From NCBI GenBank assembly GCA_050248655.1, contig JBFWRY010000002.1, positions 236,811 through 268,810 on the forward strand: a DNA stretch of 32,000 nucleotides, read 5' to 3'. Each line of letters starts with the position of its first letter. Position 1 is the first letter of the stretch. The notes beneath the pieces were generated by a model. That model made no database searches and was not told the origin of the DNA. It was given only the letters and a program-made list of their open reading frames with translations. The position numbers were made by a program, and so were the translations under genes. The DNA is from Dehalococcoidia bacterium. GTDB lineage: Bacteria; Chloroflexota; Dehalococcoidia; Tepidiformales; Tepidiformaceae. Shown here piece after piece: positions 24,579 to 32,000 of the stretch.

Positions 24579-24986
24579 ATGCGCGCTGACACTTCTGATG
24601 TGGCGTTCCGCCTGCTCCTCGCTCTCGGCGATATCTGGGACGGTCTCCAGCGGGCGGACATCGACCCGGCCGTACGTGGCCTCTACCTCACCCGCGACTT
24701 CCTCGGCGGCTATACGCGCTACTCGGCTGGACCGTCGTCCACGCCGCGGCTCGTCGTCGAATGGAACGAATCCTCGCGCCACCTCCGTGTCCTCCGCTGC
24801 ACCGAATGGCCTGGCTTCGACCGGCTTATCTCTACCACCATTGGCTACGTCCGGGCCGAGGCTCGGAAAGCCGGAATCAGCGAGACAGTCGAAGAGGCGC
24901 TCGTTCGTGCTTGCCAGGACCCGATGCCTGTCCGTCGCACCGTCTTTTCCAACGCGTCCGAACCTCTCGTCGCCCGCCGCGCCTGA
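24579..24986 (+). CDS. Hypothetical protein (135 aa)
   Basis: Codon third-position GC is consistent with coding. ATG 24579 lies within the listed ORF 24513..24986. No recognisable domain. Confidence 0.5.
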   Translation: MRADTSDVAFRLLLALGDIWDGLQRADIDPAVRGLYLTRDFLGGYTRYSAGPSSTPRLVVEWNESSRHLRVLRCTEWPGFDRLISTTIGYVRAEARKAGISETVEEALVRACQDPMPVRRTVFSNASEPLVARRA

Positions 24987-24989
24987 GTG

Positions 24990-25964
24990 CTACTGGCGCG
25001 CCGCCCACTCCTTCGCATGGTAGGTAATCACGATATCGGCGCCTGCTCGCCTGATAGAGGTTAGCGTCTCGTCGATCGCTCGTTCGCGGTCGATCCATCC
25101 TCGCTCGGCAGCAGCCATCAGCATGCTGTACTCGCCGCTCACGTTGTAGGCGGCGACCGGCACGTCCACCGAATCACGCACGCTCCGGAGCACGTCCAGG
25201 TACGGCATCGCCGGCTTCACCATCACCATGTCGGCGCCCTCAGCGATGTCCGTGAGCGCTTCGTCCAGCGCCATCCGTCCATTCGCCGGGTCCATCTGAT
25301 AGCCGCGCCGGTCACCAAACGCCGGAGCGCTGTCCGCCGCTTCGCGGAACGGTCCATAGAACGCGCTCGCGAACTTGGCCGAGTACGAAAGCAGCGCCGC
25401 CTCACCAAGTCCCGCACTGTCCAGCGCCGAGCGGATCACCGCGACCCGTCCGTCCATCATGTCGCTCGGCGCGATCACGTCGCATCCCGCCTCTGCCAGG
25501 CTCACACTCGTTTGCGCCAGTAACGGCAGCGTCCCGTCGTTGTCCACGCTGCCATCGGCCCGCAGCAGCCCGCAGTGCCCATGGCTTGTGTATTCGCAAA
25601 GGCAAACATCCCCGATCACCACGAGATCCGGCGACGCTTCCTTAATCCGGCGCACAGCGTCCTGGACGACCCCGTCTGCGTCCCAGGCCCCGCTGCCGAC
25701 CTCATCCTTTGTTTCCGGGAGCCCAAACAGGAGCAGGCCGCCGATCCCGAGGGCCGCTACCGTCCGCGCCTCCTCGGCAACCGCATCCAATCCCAACCGG
25801 AACTGCCCGGGCATGGCCTCGATCGGCGTCCTCCCCGAAAGCCCGGCCTGCACAAAGATCGGGTAGACGATGTGCGCTGGCGTCAGTTCGGTCTCGCGGA
25901 CGAGGCCGCGGAGCCCGGCGGTCCGCCGTAGTCGCCGGTGCCGCCGGAAGTTCAGGTTTTCCAT
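24990..25964 (-). CDS. hemB: Porphobilinogen synthase (delta-aminolevulinate dehydratase), zinc-type
   Basis: PIFV, DVCLCEYTSHGHCG (Cys-rich Zn site), the active-site region MVKPA, and VAAYNVSGEYSM. ATG 25964 follows GGAGGAG. The listed ORF over-extends to 26318. Confidence 0.93.
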   Translation of the reverse strand: MENLNFRRHRRLRRTAGLRGLVRETELTPAHIVYPIFVQAGLSGRTPIEAMPGQFRLGLDAVAEEARTVAALGIGGLLLFGLPETKDEVGSGAWDADGVVQDAVRRIKEASPDLVVIGDVCLCEYTSHGHCGLLRADGSVDNDGTLPLLAQTSVSLAEAGCDVIAPSDMMDGRVAVIRSALDSAGLGEAALLSYSAKFASAFYGPFREAADSAPAFGDRRGYQMDPANGRMALDEALTDIAEGADMVMVKPAMPYLDVLRSVRDSVDVPVAAYNVSGEYSMLMAAAERGWIDRERAIDETLTSIRRAGADIVITYHAKEWAARQ

Positions 25965-25999
25965 GAAGTCTCTCCTCCGCCGGGGCCGAAGGACCCCCT

Positions 26000-26419
26000 T
26001 CAGGCCGGCCGGAAATAAGGCATTGCCAGGTCCGCTGAGACATCGTCGTCCCAGACCACCGTCACGGGCCCGCCGATCGGGACGTTGTCCGGGTCGGCTT
26101 CCACCAGCAGCGACGACATTCTTGGACCCTCTTCCAGCGTTACTGCCGCGAGGATGTACGGGGTGTCTTGCGCGAAGTCCGGGGACTGCGCCCGCCGGCA
26201 CACGGTGTAGCTGTATAGCGTTCCCCGGCCGCTCGCTTCCACCCACGCGAGTTCCTTCGAAAGGCAGGCCGGGCAATGCGTACGTGCGTAATAGAAGACG
26301 TGCGAGCACGTGCTGCACTTCTGCAGAAGCAGTTTGTGCTGCTTCGTCCCGTCCCAGAACGGTTGCGTCACCGGCGTCGGAAACGGTACCGGCTGTGTCC
26401 CATTGCGATACCGCGGCAT
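26000..26419 (-). CDS. Zn-ribbon/OB-fold protein (DUF35 family), thiolase partner
   Basis: CSTCSHVFYYARTHCPAC rubredoxin-like ribbon followed by an OB-fold segment GTLYSYTV. It lies directly downstream of an SCP-x-type thiolase (1-nt gap). Confidence 0.85.
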   Translation of the reverse strand: MPRYRNGTQPVPFPTPVTQPFWDGTKQHKLLLQKCSTCSHVFYYARTHCPACLSKELAWVEASGRGTLYSYTVCRRAQSPDFAQDTPYILAAVTLEEGPRMSSLLVEADPDNVPIGGPVTVVWDDDVSADLAMPYFRPA

Positions 26420-26420
26420 C

Positions 26421-27617
26421 TCAGTCTCCCCTCAGGATGAGCGAAACCTGCTCGCTCATGATTCCGCCGTTTCCGTTGACGAACGCCGTGTCGCACTTCG
26501 CCAGTTGCCGGCCATCCGCTTTCCCCGCGATTTGCAGGTACGCCTCGGTGACATGCGACATTCCGCCCGCCAACCCGCTTTGGCCGAAGCTCAGCTGGCC
26601 GCCGTGGGTGTTTATCGGCCAATCGCCCAGGTAGGTCATGTTGTGCTCGTCCACGAAGCGCGGCCCTTCGCCTTTTTCGCAGAACCCCGCGTCCTCGATC
26701 GTCAGCAGCACCGTGATCGTGTAGCAGTCGTAGAGCGACGCCAGGTCGACCTCGCTGCGCTTGACGCCTGCCATCGCGAACGCCCGGTCCGCCGATGGCT
26801 TGATCGGCGAGTGCGTAAAGTCCGGCTCGTAGGTCACCGACCGGTGTGTCAGGTGCTCCCCCGCGCCAATGATCCACGCCGGGCGATTCTTGCTCTCCCG
26901 CGCCTTGTCCTTGCTGGTGATCACAAGCGCCGCCCCGCCGAAACACGGCATCACGATTTCCAGGAGCTTCAGCGGGTCACAGATCATCGGCGAGTTCATC
27001 ACGTCGTCGAGCGTGATCGGCTGGCCCCGGAATACGGCCTTCGGGTGTTGCTGGGCGTTGAAGCGTTGCTCAACGGCGATCTTCGCCAGCTGTTCTTCCT
27101 TCAGCCCAAACTCGTACCGGTACCGGTTCGCGATCATCGCGTACCCATAGGTGCCCTGCACGTGTCCAAACGGGATCTCAAACTCCGCCTGTGGCGAACC
27201 CCAGATGCCGCCACCCCAGTCTCGCGCGACCGCCGTCGGCTCAATCCGCGGGTCCGGCGGACTCATCTGCGTCTGCACCAGGCACACGACCGTCTCGCAG
27301 ATCCCGGCTTCGATCGCGGCCGCCGCCCGCCACGCCATCGCCGCCCCCGTCGCTCCGCCAAGGTCCACGACGTCGAAGAAGTTCGCCCGGATCCCGAGGT
27401 ACTCCGCGATCGCAGAAGGTACCAGCATGCGCGCTTCCATCAGGTTCGTGCCCGTGATCACGCCATCCACGTCGGAAGCCTTCAGGCCCGCGTCGTCCAG
27501 CGCCATCCGCGCCAGCTCAGCATAGGATTCGAGGCCCATCCAGAGCTTGTCCGGCTTCCGCTTCGGTGCCCATTCCGCACTTCCAACGATCGCCGCCTCG
27601 CCCCGTAACCCTGCCAT
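26421..27617 (-). CDS. Thiolase-like protein (SCP-x / DUF35-associated acetyl-CoA acyltransferase family)
   Basis: ~398 aa with a thiolase-fold pattern and C-terminal GGQLSFGQSGLAGGM. Paired with a DUF35 protein. ATG 27617 follows AAGGAGG. Confidence 0.85.
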   Translation of the reverse strand: MAGLRGEAAIVGSAEWAPKRKPDKLWMGLESYAELARMALDDAGLKASDVDGVITGTNLMEARMLVPSAIAEYLGIRANFFDVVDLGGATGAAMAWRAAAAIEAGICETVVCLVQTQMSPPDPRIEPTAVARDWGGGIWGSPQAEFEIPFGHVQGTYGYAMIANRYRYEFGLKEEQLAKIAVEQRFNAQQHPKAVFRGQPITLDDVMNSPMICDPLKLLEIVMPCFGGAALVITSKDKARESKNRPAWIIGAGEHLTHRSVTYEPDFTHSPIKPSADRAFAMAGVKRSEVDLASLYDCYTITVLLTIEDAGFCEKGEGPRFVDEHNMTYLGDWPINTHGGQLSFGQSGLAGGMSHVTEAYLQIAGKADGRQLAKCDTAFVNGNGGIMSEQVSLILRGD

Positions 27618-27692
27618 CGATAAGGCCTCCTTGCACACGCCAGGTGTCCGGCGCGGCCACGGCCTCATAGTAGGCCGGGCGGTTTGAACCTG

Positions 27693-28169
27693 CTACGCCG
27701 CCTTGGTGCTGTCGCAGCCTGTCGATACCGGCACGAGTGTCGCCAGGGCGATCAAGCACGCACTTTGCGTCAGCACGCCGGCGGCCAGTACTGGCGCCGG
27801 ACCCACTCCTTTGGTCGCCGCCTGCCACCATTGCTCGACAGTTGGCATCGAATCCCACCGCGCCGCGTATCGGAAGTCGAGGGGCCCCGCCGTGTGGTTC
27901 TCCAGTATGTGTTCGTACACGCCGAACCCTGAGACGCCGACCACCGCCACGCAAACACCCCAGACTACCCAACGGCCAGCCCTGGGAACCCAAGTGGCCA
28001 CTGGCCAAATCGCGAGCAGCGCCCCGAGCGCGAACCACGGGACCAGCTTCACGGGCGAGTTCCAATGCCGTTCCATCGCCAATTCCGCTGCCGTTCCCGC
28101 CATGCTCGCAAGGGCGAGCGCGAGGACTCCGGCCCTGAGCGTGGTCGCTCCCTTCCACCGCCGCATCAT
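27693..28169 (-). CDS. Hypothetical integral membrane protein (about 4 TM helices)
   Basis: Hydrophobic segments. Its ATG overlaps the stop of the upstream lipoprotein gene (ATGA). Confidence 0.55.
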   Translation of the reverse strand: MMRRWKGATTLRAGVLALALASMAGTAAELAMERHWNSPVKLVPWFALGALLAIWPVATWVPRAGRWVVWGVCVAVVGVSGFGVYEHILENHTAGPLDFRYAARWDSMPTVEQWWQAATKGVGPAPVLAAGVLTQSACLIALATLVPVSTGCDSTKAA

Positions 28170-28564
28170 GGCAGCGAAAGCACAGCGATGATGGCGTCCA
28201 CCACGCCCGGTCCCGGATTGTACTTGGCGAGGTTCTGGCGAAGCTTCCCCATCGTTGGGTCGGTCTCGTCATATGGGCGGTACTCATCAACTTCACGCGC
28301 CCAGCGGCTCCCGTTTGCGATGCCGGCCGCATCGAATGCTGCGGCGAGTTCGTCGATGGAAGCATTGTTCGCCGAGACCTTGGCCACCGCGCCGGGCGTG
28401 GCGTCCGTCGCTGGCGCAGACGACTGGACCGGTGCCGGCGCGCCCGGCGTTGCGACAACCGATTCAACGGCTGTCGCGCTCGAGGTTTCCGGTTTGTCAC
28501 CCGCTCCGCCGCACGCCATCAACAACAGCGGCGCCAACGCCAATCCCCACATCCAACGTATCAC
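28166..28564 (-). CDS. Putative lipoprotein with degenerate ComEA-like helix-hairpin-helix segment
   Basis: Lipobox LLLMAC. A Pro/Ala/Thr linker is followed by SANNASIDELAAAFDAAGIANGSRWAREVDEYRPY, which resembles N.N.A...EL..GIG...A..I..YR. Confidence 0.5.
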   Translation of the reverse strand: MIRWMWGLALAPLLLMACGGAGDKPETSSATAVESVVATPGAPAPVQSSAPATDATPGAVAKVSANNASIDELAAAFDAAGIANGSRWAREVDEYRPYDETDPTMGKLRQNLAKYNPGPGVVDAIIAVLSLP

Positions 28565-28722
28565 TGAGGCCCCTCCCCGGGGTTCGCGGTTGCATCTCGC
28601 ACCTTCTGCCCCGGCACATCTCAGCGCTGTTGCCTGTGAGTTCGCTGTGACTGGTGAAGTACCCTTGCCCTCGCCTCGCTGCCCCCAACGGGAACGGAGG
28701 AGACCCGCGCGCCCCTCCCTGG

Positions 28723-29385
28723 TCAGGCCCGCGTTACCACCATGAAGACCATCCAGCTGATGAGCGTGAGTCCGCTGAACGTGTATGCCGTCTGCACCCG
28801 TCCCAACTTCGATGCCGAAATGCTACTCACCACGTGCACCTGGTGAAGCACGTCCTCTTCCAGCGCGTCGAGGTCCACCGTCTTGCTCCGCGCGGCGAAC
28901 TCGATGTAGTCCATGGATTGGATATCGTCGAAGTAGAAGAGCGAATGCCCGTGGTGCTTCCTTCGGCCGCGCACCGGTGCCGTCGGGATGTACACGATCG
29001 CGACTTGCCGGAAGGCCAGGAGCGAAAGGGCGATATACGCCGCGAGCGTCCCCCATGCCGCGGCCGTCCGCCACACGGCAACGCTGTCAGCAGTCAGCAC
29101 ATCCCCCAGCCCCGCCGACTGAGACACCGTCACGGCAGCGAGCGTCGCGTGCAGCGCAAGGACCGGCGCCACCTTCGCGTCGGCCATCTGTGTCATTCGC
29201 ACTGCCCGGTCGAGCGTGCGCGTCGCGTGCTCGATCCGGTGCCACTGCGAAAGCACCTCCGGCACAGCCTCGTCGATCGTGGGTCCCTGTCGCCGTTCTG
29301 CCGTCACATCAGTCACCTGCACGCAGGCGAGCATGTTTGTGACTATGGCAACAATCAACCCATTAACAATCGCAGGTGGGCCCAT
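28723..29385 (-). CDS. Membrane protein resembling the DUF5706 / Pycsar-effector-type TM domain
   Basis: The pattern ..MADAKVAPVLALHATLAAV.. (ADxK followed by TM), a second TM, then FYFDDIQSMDYIEF..LEEDVLHQVHVVSSISASKLGRVQ and a C-terminal TM. The family assignment is from memory. The start is uncertain (29385, 29334 or a GTG). Confidence 0.45.
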   Translation of the reverse strand: MGPPAIVNGLIVAIVTNMLACVQVTDVTAERRQGPTIDEAVPEVLSQWHRIEHATRTLDRAVRMTQMADAKVAPVLALHATLAAVTVSQSAGLGDVLTADSVAVWRTAAAWGTLAAYIALSLLAFRQVAIVYIPTAPVRGRRKHHGHSLFYFDDIQSMDYIEFAARSKTVDLDALEEDVLHQVHVVSSISASKLGRVQTAYTFSGLTLISWMVFMVVTRA

Positions 29386-29432
29386 CCGTGCGAGTATGCT
29401 GGCACCAACAGCAGCATCTCCAGGAGTGTTCA

Positions 29433-30230
29433 GTGCCCTACGCCGACCTCGTCTTCGAACGCCGCGACCACGTCGCAGTCATCACCCTGAATCGCCCCGA
29501 GAAGCTCAACGCGCTCGGCAAGAACCTCCAGGACGAGATGCGGGCAGCCTGCGAAGAGGCTCGCGCCGACGACTCCATCAGGGCCGTTGTCTGGACCGGG
29601 GCTGGCCGCGGCTTCTGCTCCGGCGCTGACCTCACAGGCGTCCGCTCCGATGACGCCAGCGTCCCTCCGCAAAACGAACGCCTCGACGAGATGGGCTGGG
29701 TCGGCCGCCAGGCGATGGCCGTCTATAACCTCGACAAGCCCACGATCGCAGCCGTCAACGGTGTCGCTGCCGGCGCCGGCATGAGTCTCGCTCTCGCCTG
29801 CGACATTCGCGTCGGCTCTCGAAACGCCCGCTTCAAGACCGTCTTCATCGAACGAAGTCTCTCGCCTGACTCCGGCATGAGCTTTTTCCTTCCACGCCTG
29901 ATCGGTTACGGGCGCGCCGCCGACCTTATCTTCACCAGTCGCGCCGTCGATGCGCAGGAGGCCTACCGGCTAGGACTGCTCGACCGCCTTATCGAGGGCG
30001 ACGACCTTGTCGACCAGGCGGTTGCCCTCGCAAACGACATTACTCGCTGGCCCCCCGTCGCCATGCGCAGCGCCAAGCGCGTCCTCCAACACAATCTCCA
30101 GGTCGACCTCGAAGAGGCGCTCCGGTTCGAATACGCGGGGCTCACCTACGCTCGCCGCGCACCTCACGATGTCGCCGAGTCATTCAGGAGCTTCGTTGAA
30201 AAGCGCGCCCCCGAATACACGGGCGAATGA
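29433..30230 (+). CDS. Enoyl-CoA hydratase/isomerase (crotonase) family protein
   Basis: AVITLNRPEKLNAL..VVWTGAGRGFCSGADL..KPTIAAVNGVAAGAGMSLALACD..ESFRSFVEKRAPEYTG. GTG 29433 follows AGGAG. Confidence 0.88.
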   Translation: MPYADLVFERRDHVAVITLNRPEKLNALGKNLQDEMRAACEEARADDSIRAVVWTGAGRGFCSGADLTGVRSDDASVPPQNERLDEMGWVGRQAMAVYNLDKPTIAAVNGVAAGAGMSLALACDIRVGSRNARFKTVFIERSLSPDSGMSFFLPRLIGYGRAADLIFTSRAVDAQEAYRLGLLDRLIEGDDLVDQAVALANDITRWPPVAMRSAKRVLQHNLQVDLEEALRFEYAGLTYARRAPHDVAESFRSFVEKRAPEYTGE

Positions 30231-30244
30231 GGCCCGTCCCCGCC

Positions 30245-30979
30245 TTAGCGAGCCGCCCGCAGCCCTCCGCTCCCTCGCGGGCTCGCCGCAGCCGCTCTCG
30301 CGAACCACTCCGCCCCGTCGACTCCCGGCCAGAGGGCCCTGAGCGTCTTCTTGATCGCCAGCGCCCCCGACGGCGGATACGCCCCTAGACGCTCTGCCAG
30401 CGCCCGCGCTTCAGCGACCACATTCCCGTCATCGACAGCGACGTGCGCAACGCCCATCGCCAGCAGCTGTTCGCCATTAATTCGGTCGCCCGTGAGCGCC
30501 AGCCGCGCTGCCACTGCTTCGCTGTGCCGTAATCGCAGCCAGGCCAGGTTCATTGGCGCGCCAATCCCCTGCTGGACCTCGCCGACCTGGAGATACGCTT
30601 CCCGCCCGGCCACGAGCAGGTCGCAGGCGAGCGCCAGTGCCCCTCCGCCATTGATCGCATACCGTTCCAGCGCCCCGATAATGAGCTTCGGGCAGTCGTA
30701 GATCGCCGCGTGGGCCCCTCGCCAGTAGGTCTGGAAGTCCCCAAGCCACGCCGGCTTTGGCTCGGAGTTAAACTCCTTCAGGTCCAGGCCCGAGCTGAAC
30801 GCGCCGCCAGCACCGCGAAGGACGATCGCACTGACAGCGTCCTCCTCGGCCAACGTCCTGAATGCGTCACGCAGCCCTTCCGCCAGCGGCCCCGTCATCG
30901 CGTTCTTTCGCTCCGGCCGGTTCATCACGACTTCCGCGACGGCGCCGCGCCGTTCGATGTACACCACTTCATTTGCCAT
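30245..30979 (-). CDS. Enoyl-CoA hydratase/isomerase (crotonase) family protein
   Basis: AEVVMNRPERKNAM..IVLRGAGGAFSSGLDL..INGGGALALACDLLV. Internal ATG 30979 of the listed ORF. Confidence 0.85.
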   Translation of the reverse strand: MANEVVYIERRGAVAEVVMNRPERKNAMTGPLAEGLRDAFRTLAEEDAVSAIVLRGAGGAFSSGLDLKEFNSEPKPAWLGDFQTYWRGAHAAIYDCPKLIIGALERYAINGGGALALACDLLVAGREAYLQVGEVQQGIGAPMNLAWLRLRHSEAVAARLALTGDRINGEQLLAMGVAHVAVDDGNVVAEARALAERLGAYPPSGALAIKKTLRALWPGVDGAEWFARAAAASPRGSGGLRAAR

Positions 30980-31130
30980 GACGCGGATGCTGCGATTGAC
31001 CGCACCGCCCGTCAACCGGGGCCGCCGCAGCATGGTGAACTGCCGGCAGCGCGCGACGCAGGTTTTCTCCGGATCCCCTTCCGGCTCGTCCACGTAGAAT
31101 CTCTCACACCAACGAACCGGGAGTTTCACC

Positions 31131-31937
31131 ATGGCCTACGAAGCGATCCTCTACGAAGTCGAAGACCGCGTTGCCACGATCACCCTCAACAAGCCCGAGC
31201 GCCTCAACGCCTTCGACGACCAGATGCTCGCCGATTGGCACGATGCCATCGTTGAAGCCGACCAGGACCCTGGCGTTGGCGCGGTCATCATTACCGGCGC
31301 CGGCCGCGGCTTTTGCAGCGGTATGAACGTCCAGGCTGAAGTTGCCGGCAGCGGCGTCCTCCGCAGCGAAGCTACCGTGGCCACCCGCCGTCACAGCCTC
31401 CGCGACCGCGTGCACCCCATTCCCCGTGCCCTCATCCAGCTCGAAAAGCCCTACATCGCTGCCATCAACGGCGCGGCTGCCGGTGCTGGCATGGACATGG
31501 CTACCATGGCCGACATCCGCTTCGCTGCCTCCACTGCGCGCATGGGCATGACCTACGTCCGCATGGGCCTCATCCCCGGAGATGGCGGCACCTATACGCT
31601 CCCGCGAATCGTCGGTACCCAGCGTGCCCTCGACATGATCTGGACCGGAAAGCTCATCACCGCCCAGGAAGCGTTGGCCATTGGCTACCTGATGGACGTC
31701 TTCGAGCCCGAAGAACTGCTCCCCCGCGTGAAGGCCTATGCCCGCACCATCGCCAACGGGCCCGCCACCGCGGTTCAGCTGTCCAAGAAACTCGTCTACC
31801 GCTCCGCGAACATCCCATTCGACGAGCACCTCGACATCGCCCAAATGGCTATGTTCATCGCCCAAACGACGGAGGACGCGAAGGAGGGTCCGCGAGCGTT
31901 CGTCGAGAAGCGCGAGCCGAAGTGGCAGGGCCACTAG
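31131..31937 (+). CDS. Enoyl-CoA hydratase/isomerase (crotonase) family protein
   Basis: ATITLNKPERLNAF..VIITGAGRGFCSGMN..KPYIAAINGAAAGAGMDMA..EGPRAFVEKREPKWQG. GGGAG lies 8 nt upstream. Confidence 0.88.
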   Translation: MAYEAILYEVEDRVATITLNKPERLNAFDDQMLADWHDAIVEADQDPGVGAVIITGAGRGFCSGMNVQAEVAGSGVLRSEATVATRRHSLRDRVHPIPRALIQLEKPYIAAINGAAAGAGMDMATMADIRFAASTARMGMTYVRMGLIPGDGGTYTLPRIVGTQRALDMIWTGKLITAQEALAIGYLMDVFEPEELLPRVKAYARTIANGPATAVQLSKKLVYRSANIPFDEHLDIAQMAMFIAQTTEDAKEGPRAFVEKREPKWQGH

Positions 31938-32000
31938 CCCTGGCCGGTGCCGGGATGCCTGCTAGAGGCGCGTGTAGGCCCAGGCTTCCATCTGGACTTC

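Noticed and set aside
28723-29385. A complete Pycsar/CBASS-type defence system around the DUF5706-like gene
   Set aside because: No cyclase, nucleotidyltransferase, TIR or other effector or sensor gene is adjacent. The neighbours are metabolic or unknown membrane proteins, so only an orphan effector-like protein can be claimed.
31962-32000. Possible 3' end of a minus-strand gene (..EVQMEAWAYTRL stop) at the right edge
   Set aside because: Only 12 codons are visible. The high third-position GC is suggestive, but that is far too little to call a feature.

Overview
High-GC, gene-dense bacterial chromosomal window with strong GGAGG-type ribosome-binding sites; the lineage cannot be fixed from sequence alone. 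Many long ORFs in the six-frame track are antisense or wrong-frame artefacts of the GC content. Left to right the window holds: the 5' part of an amidase-signature gene; a CLC-F type fluoride/proton antiporter preceded by a clear fluoride (crcB-motif) riboswitch; an alpha/beta hydrolase; and a Bacillus-type (class IV-like) PHA locus, phaP <-> phaQ-phaR-phaC-GNAT, with a 20-bp perfect palindrome in the divergent promoter region. Then come an SDR, a tandem zinc-ribbon protein, a quinone-oxidoreductase-like MDR and a NIPSNAP-like protein. The window also has five crotonase-family paralogues, a thiolase/DUF35 pair, hemB, and a Fur-family regulator next to an ABC importer (family-5 binding protein plus two permeases, no ATPase genes). 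The most notable feature is a 7.5-kb cassette bounded by perfect 53-bp direct repeats equal to the 3' half of the adjacent tRNA-Ala(GGC), the classic footprint of integrase-mediated insertion. Its only cargo is a compact, translationally coupled [NiFe]-hydrogenase operon (hupS-hupL-hupD-hypA-hypC-EamA permease-conserved unknown) plus a divergent CDF-like transporter with a cysteine-rich tail. I found no integrase. The hydrogenase small subunit has CxxN where the canonical proximal-cluster CxxC sits. I saw no rRNA, CRISPR array or transposase.
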